Assembly (NCBI GenBank): GCA_964016885.1
Contig: OZ024759.1
Location: 2,294,001 to 2,358,000, forward strand
Source: Eledone cirrhosa
Taxonomy: Eukaryota
Length of the DNA: 64,000 nt
Direction: 5' to 3'
Shown: positions 14,158-30,200 of the stretch, piece by piece
How positions within the stretch are numbered: the stretch's first letter is position 1
Layout of the letters: the number at the start of each line of letters is the position of its first letter
Translations under genes and position numbers: made by a program
The notes under the pieces: generated by a model
Told to the model about the DNA's origin: nothing
Database searches by the model: none
What the model saw: the letters and a program-made list of their open reading frames with translations, nothing else

Positions 14158-17100
14158 GAATATATTAGTAACATGACAAAGTCTATATTAGTAGCATGAC
14201 AAAGTCTATATTAGTAACATGACAAAGTCTATATTAGTAACATGACAAAGTCTATGTTAGTAACATGACAAAGTCTATATTAGTAACATGACACAGTCTA
14301 TATTAGTAACATGACAAAGTCTATATTAGTAACATGACACAGTCTATATTAGTAACATGACAAAGTCTATATTAGTAACATGGCAAAGTCTATATTATAA
14401 CATGACAAAGTCTATATTAGTAACATGACAAAGTCTATATTAGTAACATGACACAGTCTATATTAGTAACATGACAAAGTCTATATTAGTAACATGACAA
14501 AGTCTATATTAGTAACATGACAAAGTCTATATTAGTAACATGACAAAGTCTATATTAGTAACATGACAAAATCTATATTAGTAGCATGACAAAGTCTATA
14601 TTAGTAACATGACAAAGTCTATATTAGTAACATGACAAAGTCTATATTAGTAACATGACACAGTCTATATTAGTAACATGACAAAGTCTATATTAGTAGC
14701 ATGACAAAGTCTATATTAGTAACATGACAAAGTCTATATTAGTAACATGACAAAGTCTATATTAGTAACATGACAAAGTCTATATTAGTAACATGACAAA
14801 GTCTATATTAGTAACATGACACAGTCTATATTAGTAACATGACAGTCTATATTAGTAACATGACAGTCTACATTAGTAACATGACACAGTCTATATTAGT
14901 AACATGACAAAGTCGATATTAGTAACATGACAATGTCTATATTAGTAACATGACAAAGTCTATATTAGTAACATGACAAAGTCTATATTAGTAACATGAC
15001 AAAGTCTATATTAGTAACATGACACAGTCTATATTAGTAACATGACAAAGTCTATATTAGTAGCATGACAAAGTCTATATTAGTAACATGACAAAGTCTA
15101 TATTGGTAACATGACAAAGTCTATATTAGTAACATGACAAAGTCTATATTAGTAACATGACAAAGTCTATATTAGTAACATGACACTGTCTATATTAGTA
15201 ACATGACAGTCTATATTAGTAACATGACAGTCTACATTAGTAACATGACACAGTCTATATTAGTAACATGACAAAGTCGATATTAGTAACATGACAATGT
15301 CTATATTAGTAACATGACAAAGTCTATATTAGTAACATGACAAAGTCTATATTAGTAACATGACAAAGTCTATATTAGTAACATGACAAAGTCTATATTA
15401 GTAACATGACAAAGTCTATATTAGTAACATGACACAGTCTATATTAGTAACATGACAAAGTCTATATTAGTAGCATGACAAAGTCTGTATTAGTAACATG
15501 ACAGTCTATATTAGTAACATGACAAAGTCTATATTAGTAACATGACAAAGTCTATATTAGTAGCATGACAAAGTCTATATTAGTAATATGACAAAGTCTA
15601 TATTAGTAACATGACAAAGTCTATATTAGTAACATGACACAGTCTATATTAGTAACATGACAAAGTCTATATTAGTAGCATGACAAAGTCTATATTAGTA
15701 ACATGACAAAGTCTATATTAGTAACATGACAAAGTCTATATTAGTAACATGACAAAGTCTATATTAGTAACATGACAAAGTCTATATTAGTAACATGACA
15801 AAGTCTATATTAGTAACATGACACAGTCTATATTAGTAACATGACAAAGTCTATATTAGTAGCATGACAAAGTCTGTATTAGTAACATGACAGTCTATAT
15901 TAGTAACATGACAGTCTACATTAGTAATATGACACAGTCTATATCAGTAACATGACAAAGTCGATATTAGTAACATGACAATGTCTATATTAGTAACATG
16001 ACAAAGTCTATATTAGTAACATGACAAAGTCTATATTAGTAGCATGACAAAGTCTATATTAGTAACATGACAAAGTCTATATTAGTAACATGACAAAGTC
16101 TATATTAGTAACATGACACAGTCTATATTAGTAACATGACAAAGTCTATATTAGTAGCATGACAAAGTCTATATTAGTAACATGACAAAGTCTATATTAG
16201 TAACATGACAAAGTCTATATTAGTAACATGACAAAGTCTATATTAGTAACATGACAAAGTCTATATTAGTAACATGACACAGTCTATATTAGTAACATGA
16301 CAGTCTATATTAGTAACATGACAGTCTACATTAGTAACATGACACAGTCTATATTAGTAACATGACACAGTCTATATTAGTAGCATGACAAAGTCTATAT
16401 TAGTAACATGACACAGTCTATATTAGTAGCATGACACAGTCTATATTAGTAACATGACAAAGTCTATATTAGTAACATGACAAAGTCTATATTAGTAACA
16501 TGACAAAGTCTATATTAGTAACATGACAAAGTCTATATTAGTAGCATGACAAAGTCTATATTAGTAACATGACAAAGTCTATATTAGTAACATGGCAAAG
16601 TCTATATTAGTAACATGACAAAGTCTATATTAGTAACATGACACAGTCTATATTAGTAGCATGACAAAGTCTATATTAGTAACATGACAAAGTCTATATT
16701 AGTAGCATGACACAGTCTATATTAGTAACATGACAAAGTCTATATTAGTAACATGGCAAAGTCTATATTAGTAACATGACAAAGTCTATATTAGTAACAT
16801 GACACAGTCTATATTAGTAGCATGACAAAGTCTATATTAGTAACATGACAAAGTCTATATTAGTAGCATGACACAGTCTATATTAGTAACATGACAAAGT
16901 CTATATTAGTAACATGACAGTCTATATTAGTAACATGACACAGTCTATATTAGTAACATGACACAGTCTATATTAGTAACATGAGACAGTCTATATTAGT
17001 AACATGACAAAGTCTATATTAGTAACATGACACAGTCTATATTAGTAACATGACACAGTCTATATTAGTAACATGACAAAGTCTATATTAGTAACATGAC

Positions 17101-20100
17101 ACAGTCTATATTAGTAACATGACACAGTCTATATTAGTAGCATGACAAAGTCTATGTTAGTAACATGACACAGTCTATATTAGTAGCATCACACAGTCTA
17201 TATTAGTAACATGACAAAGTCTATATTAGTAACATGACAAAGTTTATATTAGTAACATGACAAAGTCTATATTAGTAACATGACAAAGTCTATATTAGTA
17301 ACATGACAGTCTATATTAGTAACATGACACAGTCTATATTAGTAACATGACAAAGTCTGTATTAGTAACATGACAATGTCTATATTAGTAACATGACACA
17401 GTCTATATTTGTAGCATGACAAAGTCTATATTAGTAACATGACACAGTCTATATTAGTAGCATGACACAGTCTATATTAGTAACATGACAAAGTCTATAT
17501 TAGTAGCATGACAAAGTCTGTATTAGTAACATAACAGTCTATATTAGTAACATGACAAAGTCTATATTAGTAACATGACAAAGTCTATATTAGTAGCATG
17601 ACAAAGTCTATATTAGTAACATGACAAAGTCTATATTAGTAACATGACAAAGTCTATATTAGTAACATGACACAGTCTATATTAGTAACATGACAAAGTC
17701 TATATTAGTAGCATGACAAAGTCTATATTAGTAACATGACAAAGTCTATATTAGTAACATGACAAAGTCTATATTAGTAACATGACAAAGTCTATATTAG
17801 TAACATGACTAAGTCTATATTAGTAACATGACACAGTCTATATTAGTAACATTACAGTCTATATTAGTAACATGACAGTCTACATTAGTAACATGACACA
17901 GTCTATATTAGTAACATGACACAGTCTATATTAGTAGCATGACAAAGTCTATATTAGTAACATGACACAGTCTATATTAGTAGCATGACACAGTCTATAT
18001 TAGTAACATGACAAAGTCTATATTAGTAACATGACAAAGTCTATATTAGTAACATGACAAAGTCTATATTAGTAACATGACAAAGTCTATATTAGTAGCA
18101 TGACAAAGTCTATATTAGTAACATGACAAAGTCTATATTAGTAACATGGCAAAGTCTATATTAGTAACATGACAAAGTCTATATTAGTAACATGACACAG
18201 TCTATATTAGTAGCATGACAAAGTCTATATTAGTAACATGACAAAGTCTATATTAGTAGCATGACACAGTCTATATTAGTAACATGACAAAGTCTATATT
18301 AGTAACATGGCAAAGTCTATATTAGTAACATGACAAAGTCTATATTAGTAACATGACACAGTCTATATTAGTAGCATGACAAAGTCTATATTAGTAACAT
18401 GACAAAGTCTATATTAGTAGCATGACACAGTCTATATTAGTAACATGACAAAGTCTATATTAGTAACATGACAGTCTATATTAGTAACATGACACAGTCT
18501 ATATTAGTAACATGACACAGTCTATATTAGTAACATGAGACAGTCTATATTAGTAACATGACAAAGTCTATATTAGTAACATGACACAGTCTATATTAGT
18601 AACATGACACAGTCTATATTAGTAACATGACAAAGTCTATATTAGTAACATGACACAGTCTATATTAGTAACATGACACAGTCTATATTAGTAGCATGAC
18701 AAAGTCTATGTTAGTAACATGACACAGTCTATATTAGTAGCATCACACAGTCTATATTAGTAACATGACAAAGTCTATATTAGTAACATGACAAAGTTTA
18801 TATTAGTAACATGACAAAGTCTATATTAGTAACATGACAAAGTCTATATTAGTAACATGACAGTCTATATTAGTAACATGACACAGTCTATATTAGTAAC
18901 ATGACAAAGTCTGTATTAGTAACATGACAATGTCTATATTAGTAACATGACACAGTCTATATTAGTAGCATGACAAAGTCTATATTAGTAACATGACACA
19001 GTCTATATTAGTAGCATGACACAGTCTATATTAGTAACATGACAAAGTCTATATTAGTAACATGACAAAGTCTATATTAGTAGCATGACAAAGAATATAT
19101 TAGTAACATGACAAAGTCTATATTAGTAGCATGACAAAGTCTATATTAGTAACATGACAAAGTCTATATTAGTAACATGACAAAGTCTATGTTAGTAACA
19201 TGACAAAGTCTATATTAGTAACATGACACAGTCTATATTAGTAACATGACAAAGTCTATATTAGTAACATGACACAGTCTATATTAGTAACATGACAAAG
19301 TCTATATTAGTAACATGGCAAAGTCTATATTATAACATGACAAAGTCTATATTAGTAACATGACAAAGTCTATATTAGTAACATGACACAGTCTATATTA
19401 GTAACATGACAAAGTCTATATTAGTAACATGACAAAGTCTATATTAGTAACATGACAAAGTCTATATTAGTAACATGACAAAGTCTATATTAGTAACATG
19501 ACAAAATCTATATTAGTAGCATGACAAAGTCTATATTAGTAACATGACAAAGTCTATATTAGTAACATGACAAAGTCTATATTAGTAACATGACACAGTC
19601 TATATTAGTAACATGACAAAGTCTATATTAGTAGCATGACAAAGTCTATATTAGTAACATGACAAAGTCTATATTAGTAACATGACAAAGTCTATATTAG
19701 TAACATGACAAAGTCTATATTAGTAGCATGACAAAGAATATATTAGTAACATGACAAAGTCTATATTAGTAGCATGACAAAGTCTATATTAGTAACATGA
19801 CAAAGTCTATATTAGTAACATGACAAAGTCTATGTTAGTAACATGACAAAGTCTATATTAGTAACATGACACAGTCTATATTAGTAACATGACAAAGTCT
19901 ATATTAGTAACATGACACAGTCTATATTAGTAACATGACAAAGTCTATATTAGTAACATGGCAAAGTCTATATTATAACATGACAAAGTCTATATTAGTA
20001 ACATGACAAAGTCTATATTAGTAACATGACACAGTCTATATTAGTAACATGACAAAGTCTATATTAGTAACATGACAAAGTCTATATTAGTAACATGACA

Positions 20101-23100
20101 AAGTCTATATTAGTAACATGACAAAGTCTATATTAGTAACATGACAAAATCTATATTAGTAGCATGACAAAGTCTATATTAGTAACATGACAAAGTCTAT
20201 ATTAGTAACATGACAAAGTCTATATTAGTAACATGACACAGTCTATATTAGTAACATGACAAAGTCTATATTAGTAGCATGACAAAGTCTATATTAGTAA
20301 CATGACAAAGTCTATATTAGTAACATGACAAAGTCTATATTAGTAACATGACAAAGTCTATATTAGTAACATGACAAAGTCTATATTAGTAACATGACAC
20401 AGTCTATATTGGTAACATGACAGTCTATATTAGTAACATGACAGTCTACATTAGTAACATGACACAGTCTATATTAGTAACATGACAAAGTCGATATTAG
20501 TAACATGACAATGTCTATATTAGTAACATGACAAAGTCTATATTAGTAACATGACAAAGTCTATATTAGTAACATGACAAAGTCTATATTAGTAACATGA
20601 CACAGTCTATATTAGTAACATGACAAAGTCTATATTAGTAGCATGACAAAGTCTATATTAGTAACATGACAAAGTCTATATTGGTAACATGACAAAGTCT
20701 ATATTAGTAACATGACAAAGTCTATATTAGTAACATGACAAAGTCTATATTAGTAACATGACACAGTCTATATTAGTAACATGACAGTCTATATTAGTAA
20801 CATGACAGTCTACATTAGTAACATGACACATTCTATATTAGTAACATGACAAAGTCGATATTAGTAACATGACAATGTCTATATTAGTAACATGACAAAG
20901 TCTATATTAGTAACATGACAAAGTCTATATTAGTAACATGACAAAGTCTATATTAGTAACATGACAAAGTCTATATTAGTAACATGACAAAGTCTATATT
21001 AGTAACATGACACAGTCTATATTAGTAACATGACAAGGTCTATATTAGTAGCATGACAAAGTCTGTATTAGTAACATGACAGTCTATATTAGTAACATGA
21101 CAAAGTCTATATTAGTAACATGACAAAGTCTATATTAGTAGCATGACAAAGTCTATATTAGTAATATGACAAAGTCTATATTAGTAACATGACAAAGTCT
21201 ATATTAGTAACATGACACAGTCTATATTAGTAACATGACAAAGTCTATATTAGTAGCATGACAAAGTCTATATTAGTAACATGACAAAGTCTATATTAGT
21301 AACATGACAAAGTCTATATTAGTAACATGACAAAGTCTATATTAGTAACATGACAAAGTCTATATTAGTAACATGACAAAGTCTATATTAGTAACATGAC
21401 ACAGTCTATATTAGTAACATGACAAAGTCTATATTAGTAGCATGACAAAGTCTGTATTAGTAACATGACAGTCTATATTAGTAACATGACACAGTCTATA
21501 TCAGTAACATGACAAAGTCGATATAAGTAACATGACAATGTCTATATTAGTAACATGACAAAGTCTATATTAGTAACATGACAAAGTCTATATTAGTAGC
21601 ATGACAAAGTCTATATTAGTAACATGACAAAGTCTATATTAGTAACATGACAAAGTCTATATTAGTGACATGACACAGTCTATATTAGTAACATGACAAA
21701 GTCTATATTAGTAGCATGACAAAGTCTATATTAGTAACATGACAAAGTCTATATTAGTAACATGACAAAGTCTATATTAGTAACATGACAAAGTCTATAT
21801 TAGTAACATGACAAAGTCTATATTAGTAACATGACACAGTCTATATTAGTAACATGACAGTCTATATTAGTAACATGACAGTCTACATTAGTAACATGAC
21901 ACAGTCTATATTAGTAACATGACACAGTCTATATTAGTAGCATGACAAAGTCTATATTAGTAACATGACACAGTCTATATTAGTAGCATGACACAGTCTA
22001 TATTAGTAACATGACAAAGTCTATATTAGTAACATGACAAAGTCTATATTAGTAACATGACAAAGTCTATATTAGTAACATGACAAAGTCTATATTAGTA
22101 GCATGACAAAGTCTATATTAGTAACATGACAAAGTCTATATTAGTAACATGGCAAAGTCTATATTAGTAACATGACAAAGTCTATATTAGTAACATGACA
22201 CAGTCTATATTAGTAGCATGACAAAGTCTATATTAGTAACATGACAAAGTCTATATTAGTAGCATGACACAGTCTATATTAGTAACATGACAAAGTCTAT
22301 ATTAGTAACATGGCAAAGTCTATATTAGTAACATGACAAAGTATATATTAGTAACATGACACAGTCTATATTAGTAGCATGACAAAGTCTATATTAGTAA
22401 CATGACAAAGTCTATATTAGTAGCATGACACAGTCTATATTAGTAACATGACAAAGTCTATATTAGTAACATGACAGTCTATATTAGTAACATGACACAG
22501 TCTATATTAGTAACATGACACAGTCTATATTAGTAACATGAGACAGTCTATATTAGTAACATGACAAAGTCTATATTAGTAACATGACACAGTCTATATT
22601 AGTAACATGACACAGTCTATATTAGTAACATGACAAAGTCTATATTAGTAACATGACACAGTCTATATTAGTAACATGACACAGTCTATATTAGTAGCAT
22701 GACAAAGTCTATGTTAGTAACATGACACAGTCTATATTAGTAGGATCACACAGTCTATATTAGTAACATGACAAAGTCTATATTAGTAACATGACAAAGT
22801 TTATATTAGTAACATGACAAAGTCTATATTAGTAACATGACAAAGTCTATATTAGTAACATGACAGTCTATATTAGTAACATGACACAGTCTATATTAGT
22901 AACATGACAAAGTCTGTATTAGTAACATGACAATGTCTATATTAGTAACATGACACAGTCTATATTAGTAGCATGACAAAGTCTATATTAGTAACATGAC
23001 ACAGTCTATATTAGTAGCATGACACAGTCTATATTAGTAACATGACAAAGTCTATATTAGTAGCATGACAAAGTCTGTATTAGTAACATGACAGTCTATA

Positions 23101-26100
23101 TTAGTAACATGACAAAGTCTATATTAGTAACATGACAAAGTCTATATTAGTAGCATGACAAAGTCTATATTAGTAACATGACAAAGTCTATATTAGTAAC
23201 ATGACAAAGTCTATATTAGTAACATGACACAGTCTATATTAGTAACATGACAAAGTCTATATTAGTAGCATGACAAAGTCTATATTAGTAACATGACAAA
23301 GTCTATATTAGTAACATGACAAAGTCTATATTAGTAACATGACAAAGTCTATATTAGTAACATGACTAAGTCTATATTAGTAACATGACACAGTCTATAT
23401 TAGTAACATGACAGTCTATATTAGTAACATGACAGTCTACATTAGTAACATGACACAGTCTATATTAGTAACATGACACAGTCTATATTAGTAGCATGAC
23501 AAAGTCTATATTAGTAACATGACACAGTCTATATTAGTAGCATGACACAGTCTATATTAGTAACATGACAATGTCTATATTAGTAACATGACAAAGTCTA
23601 TATTAGTAACATGACAAAGTCTATATTAGTAACATGACAAAGTCTATATTAGTAGCATGACAAAGTCTATATTAGTAACATGACAAAGTCTATATTAGTA
23701 ACATGGCAAAGTCTATATTAGTAACATGACAAAGTCTATATTAGTAACATGACACAGTCTATATTAGTAGCATGACAAAGTCTATATTAGTAACATGACA
23801 AAGTCTATATTAGTAGCATGACACAGTCTATATTAGTAACATGACAAAGTCTATATTAGTAACATGGCAAAGTCTATATTAGTAACATGACAAAGTCTAT
23901 ATTAGTAACATGACACAGTCTATATTTGTAGCATGACAAAGTCTATATTAGTAACATGACAAAGTCTATATTAGTAGCATGACACAGTCTATATTAGTAA
24001 CATGACAAAGTCTATATTAGTAACATGACAGTCTATATTAGTAACATGACACAGTCTATATTAGTAACATGACACAGTCTATATTAGTAACATGAGACAG
24101 TCTATATTAGTAACATGACAAAGTCTATATTAGTAACATGACACAGTCTATATTAGTAACATGACACAGTCTATATTAGTAACATGACAAAGTCTATATT
24201 AGTAACATGACACAGTCTATATTAGTAACATGACACAGTCTATATTAGTAGCATGACAAAGTCTATGTTAGTAACATGACACAGTCTATATTAGTAGCAT
24301 CACACAGTCTATATTAGTAACATGACAAAGTCTATATTAGTAACATGACAAAGTTTATATTAGTAACATGACAAAGTCTATATTAGTAACATGACAAAGT
24401 CTATATTAGTAACATGACAGTCTATATTAGTAACATGACACAGTCTATATTAGTAACATGACAAAGTCTGTATTAGTAACATGACAATGTCTATATTAGT
24501 AACATGACACAGTCTATATTAGTAGCATGACAAAGTCTATATTAGTAACATGACAGTCTATATTAGTAACATGACACAGTCTATATTAGTAACATGACAC
24601 AGTCTATATTAGTAACATGAGACAGTCTATATTAGTAACATGACAAAGTCTATATTAGTAACATGACACAGTCTATATTAGTAACATGACACAGTCTATA
24701 TTAGTAACATGACAAAGTCTATATTAGTAACATGACACAGTCTATATTAGTAACATGACACAGTCTATATTAGTAGCATGACAAAGTCTATGTTAGTAAC
24801 ATGACACAGTCTATATTAGTAGCATCACACAGTCTATATTAGTAACATGACAAAGTCTATATTAGTAACATGACAAAGTTTATATTAGTAACATGACAAA
24901 GTCTATATTAGTAACATGACAAAGTCTATATTAGTAACATGACAGTCTATATTAGTAACATGACACAGTCTATATTAGTAACATGACAAAGTCTGTATTA
25001 GTAACATGACAATGTCTATATTAGTAACATGACACAGTCTATATTAGTAGCATGACAAAGTCTATATTAGTAACATGACACAGTCTATATTAGTAGCATG
25101 ACACAGTCTATATTAGTAACATGACAAAGTCTATATTAGTAACATGACAAAGTCTATATTAGTAGCATGACAAAGAATATATTAGTAACATGACAAAGTC
25201 TATATTAGTAGCATGACAAAGTCTATATTAGTAACATGACAAAGTCTATATTAGTAACATGACAAAGTCTATGTTAGTAACATGACAAAGTCTATATTAG
25301 TAACATGACACAGTCTATATTAGTAACATGACAAAGTCTATATTAGTAACATGACACAGTCTATATTAGTAACATGACAAAGTCTATATTAGTAACATGG
25401 CAAAGTCTATATTATAACATGACAAAGTCTATATTAGTAACATGACAAAGTCTATATTAGTAACATGACACAGTCTATATTAGTAACATGACAAAGTCTA
25501 TATTAGTAACATGACAAAGTCTATATTAGTAACATGACAAAGTCTATATTAGTAACATGACAAAGTCTATATTAGTAACATGACAAAATCTATATTAGTA
25601 GCATGACAAAGTCTATATTAGTAACATGACAAAGTCTATATTAGTAACATGACAAAGTCTATATTAGTAACATGACACAGTCTATATTAGTAACATGACA
25701 AAGTCTATATTAGTAGCATGACAAAGTATATATTAGTAACATGACAAAGTCTATATTAGTAACATGACAAAGTCTATATTAGTAACATGACAAAGTCTAT
25801 ATTAGTAGCATGACAAAGAATATATTAGTAACATGACAAAGTCTATATTAGTAGCATGACAAAGTCTATATTAGTAACATGACAAAGTCTATATTAGTAA
25901 CATGACAAAGTCTATGTTAGTAACATGACAAAGTCTATATTAGTAACATGACACAGTCTATATTAGTAACATGACAAAGTCTATATTAGTAACATGACAC
26001 AGTCTATATTAGTAACATGACAAAGTCTATATTAGTAACATGGCAAAGTCTATATTATAACATGACAAAGTCTATATTAGTAACATGACAAAGTCTATAT

Positions 26101-27250
26101 TAGTAACATGACACAGTCTATATTAGTAACATGACAAAGTCTATATTAGTAACATGACAAAGTCTATATTAGTAACATGACAAAGTCTATATTAGTAACA
26201 TGACAAAGTCTATATTAGTAACATGACAAAATCTATATTAGTAGCATGACAAAGTCTATATTAGTAACATGACAAAGTCTATATTAGTAACATGACAAAG
26301 TCTATATTAGTAACATGACACAGTCTATATTAGTAACATGACAAAGTCTATATTAGTAGCATGACAAAGTCTATATTAGTAACATGACAAAGTCTATATT
26401 AGTAACATGACAAAGTCTATATTAGTAACATGACAAAGTCTATATTAGTAACATGACAAAGTCTATATTAGTAACATGACACAGTCTATATTAGTAACAT
26501 GACAGTCTATATTAGTAACATGACAGTCTACATTAGTAACATGACACAGTCTATATTAGTAACATGACAAAGTCGATATTAGTAACATGACAATGTCTAT
26601 ATTAGTAACATGACAAAGTCTATATTAGTAACATGACAAAGTCTATATTAGTAACATGACAAAGTCTATATTAGTAACATGACACAGTCTATATTAGTAA
26701 CATGACAAAGTCTATATTAGTAGCATGACAAAGTCTATATTAGTAACATGACAAAGTCTATATTGGTAACATGACAAAGTCTATATTAGTAACATGACAA
26801 AGTCTATATTAGTAACATGACAAAGTCTATATTAGTAACATGACACAGTCTATATTAGTAACATGACAGTCTATATTAGTAACATGACAGTCTACATTAG
26901 TAACATGACACAGTCTATATTAGTAACATGACAAAGTCGATATTAGTAACATGACAATGTCTATATTAGTAACATGACAAAGTCTATATTAGTAACATGA
27001 CAAAGTCTATATTAGTAACATGACAAAGTCTATATTAGTAACATGACAAAGTCTATATTAGTAACATGACAAAGTCTATATTAGTAACATGACACAGTCT
27101 ATATTAGTAACATGACAAAGTCTATATTAGTAGCATGACAAAGTCTGTATTAGTAACATGACAGTCTATATTAGTAACATGACAAAGTCTATATTAGTAA
27201 CATGACAAAGTCTATATTAGTAGCATGACAAAGTCTATATTAGTAATATG
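14158..27250 (+). repeat. Repeated ~5.6-6.1 kb super-unit (two full copies plus a partial third) containing nested 643-bp and 525-bp duplications
   Basis: GAATAT occurs at 14158, 19093, 19736, 25175 and 25818, and TTGGTAAC at 15103, 20681 and 26763. Both give offsets of 5578 then 6082. The GAATAT pairs are 643 apart, and GAGAC 24094/24619 are 525 apart. Confidence 0.85.
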
Positions 27251-30200
27251 ACAAAGTCGATATTAGTAACATGACAAAGTCTATATTAGTAACATGACAC
27301 AGTCTATATTAGTAGCATGACAAAGTCTATATTAGTAACATGTCAAGGTCTATATTAGTAGCATGACACAGTCTATATTAGTAACATGACACAGTCTATA
27401 TTAGTAGCATGACACAGTCTATATTAGTAACATGACAAAGTCTATATTAGTAACATGACAAAGTCTATATTAGTAACATGACAAAGTCTATATTAGTAAC
27501 ATGACAAAGTCTATATTAGTAGCATGACAAAGTCTATATTAGTAACATGACAAAGTCTATATTAGTAACATGGCAAAGTCTATATTAGTAACATGACAAA
27601 GTCTATATTAGTAACATGACACAGTCTATATTAGTAGCATGACAAAGTCTATATTAGTAACATGACAAAGTCTATATTAGTAGCATGACACAGTCTATAT
27701 TAGTAACATGACAAAGTCTATATTAGTAACATGGCAAAGTCTATATTAGTAACATGACAAAGTCTATATTAGTAACATGACACAGTCTATATTAGTAGCA
27801 TGACAAAGTCTATATTAGTAACATGACAAAGTCTATATTAGTAGCATGACACAGTCTATATTAGTAACATGACAAAGTCTATATTAGTAACATGACAGTC
27901 TATATTAGTAACATGACACAGTCTATATTAGTAACATGACACAGTCTATATTAGTAACATGAGACAGTCTATATTAGTAACATGACAAAGTCTATATTAG
28001 TAACATGACACAGTCTATATTAGTAACATGACACAGTCTATATTAGTAACATGACAAAGTCTATATTAGTAACATGACACAGTCTATATTAGTAACATGA
28101 CACAGTCTATATTAGTAGCATGACAAAGTCTATGTTAGTAACATGACACAGTCTATATTAGTAGCATCACACAGTCTATATTAGTAACATGACAAAGTCT
28201 ATATTAGTAACATGACAAAGTTTATATTAGTAACATGACAAAGTCTATATTAGTAACATGACAAAGTCTATATTAGTAACATGACAGTCTATATTAGTAA
28301 CATGACACAGTCTATATTAGTAACATGACAAAGTCTGTATTAGTAACATGACAATGTCTATATTAGTAACATGACACAGTCTATATTAGTAGCATGACAA
28401 AGTCTATATTAGTAACATGACACAGTCTATATTAGTAGCATGACACAGTCTATATTAGTAACATGACAAAGTCTATATTAGTAGCATGACAAAGTCTGTA
28501 TTAGTAACATGACAGTCTATATTAGTAACATGACAAAGTCTATATTAGTAACATGACAAAGTCTATATTAGTAGCATGACAAAGTCTATATTAGTAACAT
28601 GACAAAGTCTATATTAGTAACATGACAAAGTCTATATTAGTAACATGACACAGTCTATATTAGTAACATGACAAAGTCTATATTAGTAGCATGACAAAGT
28701 CTATATTAGTAACATGACAAAGTCTATATTAGTAACATGACAAAGTCTATATTAGTAACATGACAAAGTCTATATTAGTAACATGACTAAGTCTATATTA
28801 GTAACATGACACAGTCTATATTAGTAACATGACAGTCTATATTAGTAACATGACAGTCTACATTAGTAACATGACACAGTCTATATTAGTAACATGACAC
28901 AGTCTATATTAGTAGCATGACAAAGTCTATATTAGTAGCATGACACAGTCTATATTAGTAGCATGACACAGTCTATATTAGTAACATGACAAAGTCTATA
29001 TTAGTAACATGACAAAGTCTATATTAGTAACATGACAAAGTCTATATTAGTAACATGACAAAGTCTATATTAGTAGCATGACACAGTCTATATTAGTAAC
29101 ATGACAAAGTCTATATTAGTAACATGACAGTCTATATTAGTAACATGACACAGTCTATATTAGTAACATGACACAGTCTATATTAGTAACATGAGACAGT
29201 CTATATTAGTAACATGACAAAGTCTATATTAGTAACATGACACAGTCTATATTAGTAACATGACACAGTCTATATTAGTAACATGACAAAGTCTATATTA
29301 GTAACATGACACAGTCTATATTAGTAACATGACACAGTCTATATTAGTAGCATGACAAAGTCTATGTTAGTAACATGACACAGTCTATATTAGTAGCATC
29401 ACACAGTCTATATTAGTAACATGACAAAGTCTATATTAGTAACATGACAAAGTTTATATTAGTAACATGACAAAGTCTATATTAGTAACATGACAAAGTC
29501 TATATTAGTAACATGACAAAGTCTATATTAGTAGCATGACAAAGTCTATATTAGTAACATGACAAAGTCTATATTAGTAACATGACAAAGTCTATATTAG
29601 TAACATGACAAAGTCTATATTAGTAACATGACAAAGTCTATATTAGTAACATGACACAGTCTATATTAGTAACATGACAGTCTATATTAGTAACATGACA
29701 GTCTACATTAGTAACATGACACAGTCTATATTAGTAACATGACACAGTCTATATTAGTAGCATGACAAGGTCTATATTAGTAACATGACACAGTCTATAT
29801 TAGTAGCATGACACAGTCTATATTAGTAACATGACAAAGTCTATATTAGTAACATGACAAAGTCTATATTAGTAACATGACAAAGTCTATATTAGTAACA
29901 TGACAAAGTCTATATTAGTAGCATGACAAAGTCTATATTAGTAACATGACAAAGTCTATATTAGTAACATGGCAAAGTCTATATTAGTAACATGACAAAG
30001 TCTATATTAGTAACATGACACAGTCTATATTAGTAGCATGACAAAGTCTATATTAGTAACATGACAAAGTCTATATTAGTAGCATGACACAGTCTATATT
30101 AGTAACATGACAAAGTCTATATTAGTAACATGGCAAAGTCTATATTAGTAACATGACAAAGTCTATATTAGTAACATGACACAGTCTATATTAGTAGCAT

